Source of the DNA: a virus
Taxonomy: Duplodnaviria > Caudoviricetes
Length of the DNA: 58,253 nucleotides
Virus record (IMG/VR): IMGVR_UViG_3300037465_000242
Span: 1-58,253 of that record
Reading direction: 5' to 3' (one strand)
Part shown: positions 1-9,000 of the stretch, in pieces
Layout: each line of letters begins with the position of its first letter
How positions within the stretch are numbered: the stretch's first letter is position 1
Notes under the pieces: model-generated
Seen by the model: the letters and a program-made list of their open reading frames with translations, nothing else
The model's database searches: none
Told to the model about the DNA's origin: nothing
Made by a program: the position numbers and the translations under genes

Positions 1-18
1 AAAAGTCCTGTGAAATGC

Positions 19-108
19 TGATCCGCTGATCCATCGACCGAAACTATCGTGATCTCGCTAGACTTCGGTGGATCAGCCCTGGATCAGGTTCGCGTCTGCT
101 GATCCACC
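19..108. repeat. cluster of GGATCA/TGATCC hexamers, left end
   Basis: TGATCC at 19, 27, 100; GGATCA at 70, 81. Confidence 0.7.
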
Positions 109-176
109 ACGGTACAGGCTTCGCTGTCGGAAAAGGGCCTTGCGCCGGGGTCGTGGGATCTGATACGACCGGCGGT

Positions 177-875
177 ATGTCCAGAGTAGCGGCGACCCCG
201 AAGAAGTCAGCGCGAGTCACTCCTGGCGTCGCGGCCCGCGTGGTATCCTTGGACGACCTTGTGCCCGATCCCGCGAACTTGCGCCTCCACCCGGAGCGCT
301 CGAAGGATGCCATCGCAAGCTCGGTCAAGGAGCTTGGGGCGGCGCGAAGCATCGTGGTCGACAAGGACGGGGTAGTGCGCGCCGGCAACGGCACGCTCGA
401 GGCCGCGAGGGCCGCCGGGATCCGGGAGGCCGTGGTCGTCGAGACCGATGGCAAACAGCTCGTGGTCGTCAAGCGCCCGGACTGGACCGCGGAGCAGGCG
501 CTCGCCTACGCCATCGCCGACAATCGCACGAGCGATCTCTCCAAGTTCGACTACGAGGCCCTCGGCGCGGCGCTCCAACAGCTCCGCGACGTGCAGGCGC
601 CGATCGTGGGCTTCGACTCGGGAGAGCTCGACATGCTCCTCTCCGCGGACTGGCGGCCGAAGGAGCAAGTGGCCGTCGATAGCTACACGCGCGATGCACC
701 AGGCGCCACGGGCTCGAAGGAGCTGACGCTTGTGATCTTGGCCGAGCACGCCGAGGAGATCGCGGCCGCACTCCAGCTTGAGATGACCGCGGGCGTGACG
801 ACGGAGTCAGAGGCGCTGCTCCGCATCGTGCGCCGGGACCGCGACACGACGCGAGCCGCGCTCGAGGGCGCGTGA
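177..875 (+). CDS. ParB/Srx N-terminal-like domain protein
   Basis: LVPDPANLRLH...IASSVKELG...IVVD...AGNGTLEAA...ADNR is the phage ParB-like pattern; start taken at ATG 177 inside ORF 153..875. Confidence 0.8.
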   Translation: MSRVAATPKKSARVTPGVAARVVSLDDLVPDPANLRLHPERSKDAIASSVKELGAARSIVVDKDGVVRAGNGTLEAARAAGIREAVVVETDGKQLVVVKRPDWTAEQALAYAIADNRTSDLSKFDYEALGAALQQLRDVQAPIVGFDSGELDMLLSADWRPKEQVAVDSYTRDAPGATGSKELTLVILAEHAEEIAAALQLEMTAGVTTESEALLRIVRRDRDTTRAALEGA

Positions 876-881
876 GCGCTC

Positions 882-1262
882 GTGATGCACGACGAGATGG
901 TGGTTCTGCGGGGCGTCCGGTTCCAGTCGCTTTGCGAGCATCACCTGCTGCCCTTCGTTGGCGTGGCGCACGTCGGCTACGTGCCGGTGGCGCGCGTCGT
1001 TGGGCTCTCCAAGCTCGCAAGACTCGTGGCGTGCTTCGCGCGCCGGCTCCAGATACAAGAGCGTATGACCGACCAGATCGCGCAGGCCATCATGGAGCAC
1101 CTCAAGCCCAAGGGCGCGGCGGTGGTGATCGAAGCGACGCATTCGTGCATGGCGTTTCGCGGCGCCGCGCAGTCCGATGCTCGCATGGTCACGAGCTCCA
1201 TGCTCGGCGTCATGCGGGAGAAGCCAGAGGCGCGAGCCGAGTTCTTGCGGCTAGTGGGCTAA
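882..1262 (+). pseudogene. folE: GTP cyclohydrolase I, N-terminally truncated
   Basis: DEMV..SLCEHHLLPF.G.AHVGY, GLSKLARLV, RRLQIQERMT.QIA, EATHSCM..RG; N-terminal helical part absent; the coupled GTG at 872 is in another frame. Confidence 0.85.
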
Positions 1263-1311
1263 GCCGCCGGGCCTCGACACCGGGCGCGGCGCGGGCCAGA
1301 AAGAGTAGACC

Positions 1312-1926
1312 GTGCACAGACCGTTGAAAAAGCGAAAGGTGGTCGAGCCTCAGGCGCCCGAGCATCCGTGGGAGCGGCAGCCCGAGGAGTCCGACACTGC
1401 GTGGGCCCACTTCGTCGAGTACCGCGACGCCGGCCCCGCCGAACGCTCGCTGTCGAAGTTGGCCGCGAAGCACCACAAGCAGCGACAGAACTTCGCGAGA
1501 TGGAGCGCCGCGTGGGATTGGGTCGCGCGCTGCGCGGCTTACGACTCCTGGGTTGACAGGCAGGCAAAGCTTGTCGAGGTCGAGGCGATCAAGGACATGC
1601 GCAAGCGCCACGTGCAGATGGCGATGTCCCTTCAAGGCGCGGCCGCGCTGGCGCTCAATAAGATCATCGCCGCCGAGCGCGCGACGGTGACCAATCCCGA
1701 TGGCACGACGTCCCCGGCGCCGCTGACCCTCAAGCCCTCCGAGGTAAAAGAGCTCGCCGACCTCGGCACGAAGCTCGAGCGCTTGACGCGCGGCGAGCCC
1801 ACGGAGGTCGAGGTCGCGCGGCTCGAGGCCGTCGCGCCGCCCATCGTTCACGACTACAGCAATCTCTCGACGGAAGAATTGCGCACGCTTCGCGCGCTCA
1901 TCCGCAAGGCTCGCAGCGATGCTTAG
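1312..1926 (+). CDS. terminase small subunit (putative)
   Basis: PWERQPEES..AW.HF..YRD.G..RSL HTH-like N-terminus; lies just upstream of TerL. Confidence 0.7.
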   Translation: MHRPLKKRKVVEPQAPEHPWERQPEESDTAWAHFVEYRDAGPAERSLSKLAAKHHKQRQNFARWSAAWDWVARCAAYDSWVDRQAKLVEVEAIKDMRKRHVQMAMSLQGAAALALNKIIAAERATVTNPDGTTSPAPLTLKPSEVKELADLGTKLERLTRGEPTEVEVARLEAVAPPIVHDYSNLSTEELRTLRALIRKARSDA

Positions 1927-2101
1927 TGATCGCTCGACGCTTCGCGACATAGAGCGAGTTCGCGTCTGCGCACGGTGCGGGGGCTTGCTGGCGCCGACCT
2001 CGCGGTCGCACGACCTCGAGCAGTGCGTTGACGAGCTGCGTCGCGCTTTGTTCGCGTTCCAGAGGCGCGTCGGCGAGCTCGAGGGCCGGGAGGATCTCTG
2101 A
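1919..2101 (+). CDS. small hypothetical protein with CxxC
   Basis: 60-aa ORF filling the TerS-TerL gap; start overlaps the TerS stop. Confidence 0.4.
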   Translation: MLSDRSTLRDIERVRVCARCGGLLAPTSRSHDLEQCVDELRRALFAFQRRVGELEGREDL

Positions 2102-2104
2102 CCG

Positions 2105-3670
2105 ATGGGCGTCAAGGGCGCCAAGCGCTCGGGTCCGCACCATAAGCAAAAGCTCGACACCATCGACGCTAGGAGCCTCGAGCGCACGCTCTACCTGCGG
2201 CACTTCCGAGAATTCGTCGCCGACGCCTTCGAGGTCGTCGAGGGCGGCGACGCCCACGCGGCCCTCGTTCGCGCGGGGCGAAGGGCGCCGAAGTTCATCC
2301 AGGGCTGGCACATCGACGCCATCGCCGACCATCTCCAGGCGGTCGCCGAGGGCCAGATCCGGCGACTGCTGATCAACATCCCGCCCGGCACCTCCAAGAG
2401 CCTCCTGTCCTGCGTGCTCTGGCCCGCGTGGCTGTGGGCGCGCGATCCGACGCTCCGGTTCCTGTTCTCGAGCTACAGCGAGGAGTTCACCAGGCGCGAC
2501 TGCCGCAAGGCGAAGGCCTTGATCGCGAGCGACTGGTACCGCGGATTGTTCCCCGAGGTGAGGCTCAAGCGCGACCCCGACACGTCGATGGAACATCACA
2601 CAACCGCGGGCGGCGAGCGACACGGAGCTTCGACCGGCAGCGGCGTCACCGGCAAGCATGTACATTGCATAGTCGAGGACGATCCGCTCAAGGCGCAGGA
2701 CGCGCGCAGTCCGCGCGCCCGCGAGGAGGTGTGGGACTACCGGACGCAGACGCTCGGCTTCCGCCTCCTGCCCGAGACGGGGTGGCGCATCGTGATCATG
2801 CAGCGCTTGCACGAGGACGACCCGAGCGGCCGCATCCTCGCGCGCGCCGGCAAAGACGCCGAGGACGACCCGGACGAGTACGTGCACCTGTGCTTGCCGA
2901 TGGAGTTCGAGCCGTCGCGCCGCTGCTCGACCATCCTCTTCGACGACCCGCGCAAGGAGGAGGGCGAGTTACTTTGGCCCGCGCGCATGGACCGCAGGTT
3001 TGTCGACGCGCTCAAGAGCCCGCAGGGCCTCGGCGCGTACGGCTACGCGGGCCAAGCGCAGCAGCGTCCGAGCCCCGTCGAGGGCGGAGTGATCAAGCGG
3101 CACTGGTGGCGCTACTACGAGCAGCCGCCGGAGGTCTTCGACCGCGTGATCCTGTCGTGGGACCTGACGTTCAAGCAGACGGGCTCGAGCTGGGTCGTCG
3201 GCCAGGCGTGGGGGCAGAAGGGGCCGGACGCCTTCCTGCTCGACCAGGTGCGTGACAGGCTCGACTTCCCCGCGCAGGTCGCCGCCGTCCGGGCGCTGCG
3301 CGAGAAGTGGCCCGAGGCGAAGGAGACGCTGATCGAGGATGCGGCGAACGGCTCCGCCGTGGTAAGCGTGGTGCGGAAGGAGATCCCCGGTGTCATACCG
3401 ATCCCGCCGCGCGGCTCGAAGGAGGCCCGGCTCGCCGCCGTCGCGATGTTCGTCGAGGCGGGCAACGTGTGGCTGCCGCACCCGAGGATTGCCCCGTGGA
3501 TCGACGGGCTGGTAGAGGAGGTCACGGTGTTCCCCAACGGCGCCAACGACGATCAATGCGACTGCGCCGGCCAGGCGCTCGCGCGCTTGTTCGCCGCGTC
3601 GGCGAAGAAGCCGACGCGCCCGTTCGGCCTGGGGCGCGCCGGGGAGAGGCCCAACCCGTGGCAGCTGTGA
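2105..3670 (+). CDS. terL: terminase large subunit
   Basis: LLINIPPGTSKS Walker A, IVEDDP Walker B, IMQRLHEDD, nuclease SWD and FPNGANDDQCD. Confidence 0.95.
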   Translation: MGVKGAKRSGPHHKQKLDTIDARSLERTLYLRHFREFVADAFEVVEGGDAHAALVRAGRRAPKFIQGWHIDAIADHLQAVAEGQIRRLLINIPPGTSKSLLSCVLWPAWLWARDPTLRFLFSSYSEEFTRRDCRKAKALIASDWYRGLFPEVRLKRDPDTSMEHHTTAGGERHGASTGSGVTGKHVHCIVEDDPLKAQDARSPRAREEVWDYRTQTLGFRLLPETGWRIVIMQRLHEDDPSGRILARAGKDAEDDPDEYVHLCLPMEFEPSRRCSTILFDDPRKEEGELLWPARMDRRFVDALKSPQGLGAYGYAGQAQQRPSPVEGGVIKRHWWRYYEQPPEVFDRVILSWDLTFKQTGSSWVVGQAWGQKGPDAFLLDQVRDRLDFPAQVAAVRALREKWPEAKETLIEDAANGSAVVSVVRKEIPGVIPIPPRGSKEARLAAVAMFVEAGNVWLPHPRIAPWIDGLVEEVTVFPNGANDDQCDCAGQALARLFAASAKKPTRPFGLGRAGERPNPWQL

Positions 3671-3708
3671 CGCGCGCCGGCGCGATCGCCGCGCGAGGAG
3701 CCTGACGC

Positions 3709-5082
3709 ATGGTCGAGAGAGCGCTGCTCCACAAGTCGATGCCCCTCGACCTCGGCATCCACGGCACGACGGGCCTCAAGCAGTACGGCGGCTGGGTCGT
3801 CGAGGAGTTCCTGCCGCGGCTGCAGGGCCGCCAGGGCGTCCTCGTCTACCGCGAGATCGTCGACAACTCGAGCGTGCACGGCGCCATCAAGTTCGCGATC
3901 GAGTCCCTCCTGCGGCAGGTCGAATGGCGCGTCGAGCCGAGCGGCGACAGTCCCGAGGCGCGCGAGCAGGCCGAGTTCGTCGAGGGCGCGCTCGACGACA
4001 TGAGTCACACGTTCGAGGACCTGCTCGTCGAGATCCTCTCGCACCTCTGGTACGGCTGGAGCTACCACGAGATCGTCTACAAGCTGCGGCGCGGACCCGA
4101 CGCCTCGAGCTCGGCGGCGCGCAGCAAGTTCGACGACGGCAAGGTGGGCTGGCGCAAGCTGCCGATCCGGTCCCAGGACACGCTCGACCGCTGGGAGTTC
4201 GACCCCGCGGACAACGGCGTGCGCGGCATGTGGCAGATGGACCCCTACACGGGCGGCCGCGCGTTCATCCCGATCGAGAAGGCGCTGCTGTTCCGCGCCG
4301 GCGTCCACAAGAGCAACCCAGAGGGCAGGTCGATCTTCAGGAACAGCATCCTCGACCACTTCAAGCTCAAGCGGATCTCCGACATCGAGGCCGTCGGCAT
4401 CGAGCGCGATATGACGGGCCTCCTCGACATGCAGGTGCCGATGGAGATCCTGACGGCCTCCGCGGGGTCGGTCGAGGCGCAGATCAGGAGCGAGCTCGAG
4501 CGCATGCTGGCGACCGTCAAGCGCGACGAGCGCGAGTTCGTCATGCGGCCGACCGAGGTCGACCAGGACGGCAAGCCGACGGGCTACAAGCTCCAGCTCC
4601 TCGCGACCGGCGGGCGCCGCCAGATCGACACGACCGAGGTGAAGAACTACTACGTGCGCCGCATCCTCCAGACCGTCCTGTTCCAGTTCCTCGAGCTCGG
4701 CCAGGAGACCGGGTCGTGGTCGCTCGCCTCGAGCATGACCAAGCTCTCGAGCGTGGCCCTCGGCGCCGTCATGGACTCGATCACCGCCGTGCTCAACCGT
4801 TTCGCCATCCCGAGGCTCATGGACCTGAACGGCGTCCCAAGCGACCTCCACCCGCACATCGTCCACGGCGACATCGAGTCGCCGCCGCTCGACGAGGTCG
4901 CGCAGTACATCACCGCGCTCGCCACCGCCGGCATGCTCTCGCCGACGAAGCAGCTCGAGCGCAAGCTGCTCGAGATCGGCCGCCTGCCCGCCCCGCCGAT
5001 CGCGCAGGAGGACAGGCCGCTGCCGGGCGAGGAGCCGGAGGGGCAGCTCGAGCTCCCGTTGCCCGGCGCCGGGAGCGCCTGA
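3709..5082 (+). CDS. portal protein
   Basis: 457 aa directly after TerL; YGWSYHEIVYK, NPEGRSIFR, GIERD motifs of phage portals. Confidence 0.85.
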   Translation: MVERALLHKSMPLDLGIHGTTGLKQYGGWVVEEFLPRLQGRQGVLVYREIVDNSSVHGAIKFAIESLLRQVEWRVEPSGDSPEAREQAEFVEGALDDMSHTFEDLLVEILSHLWYGWSYHEIVYKLRRGPDASSSAARSKFDDGKVGWRKLPIRSQDTLDRWEFDPADNGVRGMWQMDPYTGGRAFIPIEKALLFRAGVHKSNPEGRSIFRNSILDHFKLKRISDIEAVGIERDMTGLLDMQVPMEILTASAGSVEAQIRSELERMLATVKRDEREFVMRPTEVDQDGKPTGYKLQLLATGGRRQIDTTEVKNYYVRRILQTVLFQFLELGQETGSWSLASSMTKLSSVALGAVMDSITAVLNRFAIPRLMDLNGVPSDLHPHIVHGDIESPPLDEVAQYITALATAGMLSPTKQLERKLLEIGRLPAPPIAQEDRPLPGEEPEGQLELPLPGAGSA

Positions 5083-5083
5083 G

Positions 5084-6043
5084 ATGCCACTCGTCGTCGT
5101 GCGCAAGCAAGACCGCTGGCGCCGCGCGCCTGGCGCCGACAAGGAGCAGCGCCAGTCGTTCGCTATCGCGGCCCGCAACGTGTCGAGGTTCGCGCGCGCC
5201 TTCGCCGAGGCCGTGCGCGCGCTCGTCACGCCGACGGTCGTCCGCGAGCTCCAGAGCCGAGCGGCCGCGGGCGCCACGATCGAGGAGATCGTCGCGGCGA
5301 TCCCGTGGCTCGAGGAGGCCCGCCCGGAGGCCGTCGAGCAGTGGACCGAGATGGCGAGGCGGTTCGAGGCCGCGCACCTGCGGGTGCTCGGCGAGGCCGC
5401 GGCCGATCCAGCGCGAGATCGCGCGGCCGAGGTCCAGAAGCGCGCGAGGCGCGTGCCCTCGGTCCCCGTCAACCCAAAGTCGGTCGCGTGGGCCCGAGAG
5501 AGGGGCGCCGCGCTCGTTCGCGACATCAGTCGCGAGGCCCGCAAGGTCGTCCGCGGCGTCGTCGCCCGCTCCCTCGAGCGCGGCGAACGCGCCGACGCGA
5601 TGGCCCGTCGCATACGCAGGGCCGTGGGCCTCCTCGAGCGCGAGGAGGCCGCGGTCGAGCGGCGTCGCGAGCTGCTCCTGTCGCAGGGCGTCCCAGAGCG
5701 CCGGGCCGAGCAGCTCTCCGACAAGTACGCCGACGAGCTTCTTTCCGCCCGCGCGACGCGCATCGCCCGCACCGAGACGATCGCCGCGCAGAACCGCGGC
5801 CTGTTGGACTCGTGGCGGGCCGCGAGCGATGCCGGCGCCTTGCCGCCGGTCGTGCGCGTGTGGGTCTCCGCGCCGCCGAGCGACAACCCAGGCCGCCCGT
5901 GCCCGATCTGCCTCGAGCTCGACGGGCAGGAGACACCGCTCGACGAGCCGTTCCAGTCCGCGCAGCTCGGGGAGGCCGTGATGGCGCCCCCCTCGCATCC
6001 CGGCTGCCGATGCACTCAGACGCTTCGGCGAGCGGAAGCGTGA
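5084..6043 (+). CDS. minor head protein (MuF / SPP1 gp7-like)
   Basis: RATRIARTET, CPIC..LDG, PPSHPGCRC; follows the portal. Confidence 0.9.
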   Translation: MPLVVVRKQDRWRRAPGADKEQRQSFAIAARNVSRFARAFAEAVRALVTPTVVRELQSRAAAGATIEEIVAAIPWLEEARPEAVEQWTEMARRFEAAHLRVLGEAAADPARDRAAEVQKRARRVPSVPVNPKSVAWARERGAALVRDISREARKVVRGVVARSLERGERADAMARRIRRAVGLLEREEAAVERRRELLLSQGVPERRAEQLSDKYADELLSARATRIARTETIAAQNRGLLDSWRAASDAGALPPVVRVWVSAPPSDNPGRPCPICLELDGQETPLDEPFQSAQLGEAVMAPPSHPGCRCTQTLRRAEA

Positions 6044-6071
6044 CGCCGCGGACGGGCGGCTCGGAGGATCC

Positions 6072-9000
6072 GTGAACAAGCCCACGACGTGGATCGCCAA
6101 GAAGTTGACCGACGCCGACCGCCGGGAGATCGAGCGAGAGACCGCTGAGATCCGCGAGCGCCGCAAAACGCCAGAGGCGCGTCGACCTCACAAGTTCGAA
6201 ACCGCCGAGTGGACGCACCCGAACGGTCACCCGCGATGCGTCATCTGCGGCGACGAGGAGCCCATGGGCGACACGTGCTATGTCGAGAAAGATCAGCTCG
6301 ACGCCGACGCGCTTGCGACTTCGATGCCCGACGTAGAGGACGTCGTCGCGCGAATGGTCGAGCTCGAGCGTCGCGGTCTCTCGCGACAGGCCGCGCGCGC
6401 CCGCATACGCGCCGAGCTCAAGCTCGAGGGCGCGAGCCGCGAGGACGCCACGGAGCTCGTGGCGCGGGCGGAGCGAGTCGAGAAGGCGCGGCCGATGTCG
6501 CGCGAGTACCTAGAGGAGGCCTGGACGATCGCGCGCAAGCTCCTGCCGCCGTGGGCATGGGCGCAGATCCACAGCCAGGCGCTCCCGAGATCGGGCGTGC
6601 GCGCGGCGCGCGCCGCGCGCGAGGACTCGCCGTCGCTGTTCGAGAAGATCGCGCTCGTCGACGTCCGCCCCAGCAAGCTGCGTGAACTGCCCGAGGACGA
6701 GCTGCGGCTCGCTTGGCTGCGGCTGCACCAATGGTACGCGAATGCCAAGCGCGCCAAGCGCCCCGTCGAGGACTTCGTCAACGCCGCCCTGTGGACCATG
6801 GACGAGATGGGCCGGCGCGGCCTCGACGTCGAGCGCGATGACGACCTCGTGCGCGCGATCGAAGACCTGCGCGGCAAGCGCGCGTCCGTCGACGTTTTCG
6901 CCAAGCTCAACTCCCTTCCCCGCGACCTCGTGGTCGTTCGCGACTTCGTGTCGGTCGTCGGCTCGACGGCGAAGGGAAACAAGGAGCCCGAGGACGTCGA
7001 CGTGCTCCTGCGCGCGCCTTGGGATCGGCAAGCGGGGAGCATCGCCATCCAGGCGGAGAACGTCTGGTTGCCGCTGCGCAACGCGCTCGATCCCGACAAG
7101 GCCGGCAAGCTGCACTGGATCGACAACCCTCAGGGCGCGCACGGCGATTACGTCCCGCTCTACGACCTCGTCCTGCGGCGCCGCGACAAGATCGCTGTCG
7201 AGGTCGTCAAGGGCTTTCCTAATTCCACTGCCGAGGTCGGCGTGCACGTCCATAACCTCGAGCGCGAGGCTTCGCGCACGAAGGAGGACGGGGCGCACGC
7301 GCACCTGTACATCCTCCCCGACGGTCGCCGGATCTGGACCGAGGCCGACGGCGCGCACTCCCACGCGCTCGGCTCCCCGACCGCGGACATCGTCGGCCAG
7401 GGCGGAGCGCATAGGCACCGAGTCGTGGTCGACGGCGAGGAGCTCTGGACCGAGGAGGACGGCGCGCACGCCCACCAGCTCCAGGTGTGGTCGTCGGCGT
7501 TCGACGGCATCCACTCGCACAAGCTCAAGCTCAGGAGCGGCGAGACGATCGAGAACCTCATGCCCGGCGCCTACTGGGAGCACGAGGGCCGCCCAGCGCA
7601 GGGCGGATCTCCGCCCGCGCCGCCGGCGCCCGAGCTCGCGCGGCTCGTGAAGGCCGGCCCGCTGCGCGTCGACCTCGGCTGCGGCGACGCGAAGTCCGAG
7701 GGCTACTTCGGCATCGACAAGCGCAAGCTGCCTGGCGTCGACCAGATCGCCGACCTCGAGCAGGGCATCCCGCTCGACGACGCGACGGTCGACGAGGTTA
7801 GGGCGCACCACGTCCTCGAGCACCTCGCTGACAAGGAGCGGATCATGGCCGAGATCCATCGCGTGCTGCGGCCTGGCGGCAGGCTCGTGCTCGAGGTTCC
7901 GAGCACGAAAGGAGAGGGCGCGTTCGCGCATCCGGACCACAAGTCGTGGTGGAACAAGTCGAGCTTCGCCTTCTGGTCGCAGGACGAGCTTCGCGGCGAT
8001 CGACCGAAGTTCGAGGTCGAGGAGCTCGAAGAGGAGATCCGCGGCGACCTCGCCTACGTCAGGGCCGTGCTCCGCAAGCCCGCGGTGGATCCGATCGCTA
8101 AGGCCGTACGTCCGTTCGGCGACTTCACGCCGCCGAAGCCGGCGGTACCTCTGCGCACCGAGCTGTTCGAGGTCGACGAGCTGTGGGAGTGGGCGGAGGA
8201 GCGCCTGCCGGTCTACGTCGAGCCGAAGCACAACGGCTTTCGCGCCATCCTCGAGAAGCAGGGCGATCGGGTTCGCCTGCGGTTCGAGGGCGCGCGCGAC
8301 GACGTGATCGAGCGCTTCCCGGGCCTCCGCGAGGCCGCGCGCAAGATCGCCGGCGACTTCGTCCTCGACCTCGACGCGGGCATCGAGCGCGGCGGCAAGC
8401 GCCTGCCGCGCCCGGAGCTGGCGCGCCTCAACGCCGAGAGCCCGAAGTTAGGGCCGGACGAGAAGCCAGTGCTCACGGCGTTCGACCTCCCACACAAGGG
8501 CTCGGACCTCAGCGGGGAGTCGTTCGCCGAGCGGCGCGAGGTCTTGGAGGCGTTCTTCGAGGGCGAGCTCAAGAGCTCCGGCCTGTTCAAGCTGTCGCCG
8601 GTTCGGCGAGTCGGATCGCGCGCCGAGCTCGAGGAGGCGGCGCGCTGGGCGTTCGATCAGGATCGCTCCGAGGGCCTCGTCGCCAAGAGCGCGCGGGGGC
8701 TCTACGAGACCGACGGCGGCACGAACGAGTGGTCGAAGCTCAAGCGCGTCGCCGAGCTCAAGGTCATCGTCCTTGGCGTGCAGCGCACGGCCGACGGCAG
8801 CTTCAACTACCGCGGCGGCCTGCTGCTCGGCGACCTGGATCTCTCGAACACGGTCGAGCTCGAGGGGCGCGCTTACGTCGACCTCGGCAAGACGTTCAAC
8901 ACGAAGATCGTCGCCTCCGAGGGCGACGTCCTCACGGTGGAGATCCTCGAGCTGATCCCCGACGAGCGCGAGAAGACCCTGGCGTGGCTCGGCCCGACGG

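Noticed and set aside
177-875. ParB-like gene as evidence for a plasmid-prophage partition system
   Set aside because: No ParA seen; ParB-N domains next to terminase and modification genes are common in phages
3553-6015. Long antisense and alternate-frame ORFs (e.g. 3553..6015 -, 10652..13426 -, 3924..5981 +, 43853..45622 +, 56101..57867 -)
   Set aside because: Arg/Pro/Ala-rich shadows of real genes, expected at high GC; no recognisable motifs
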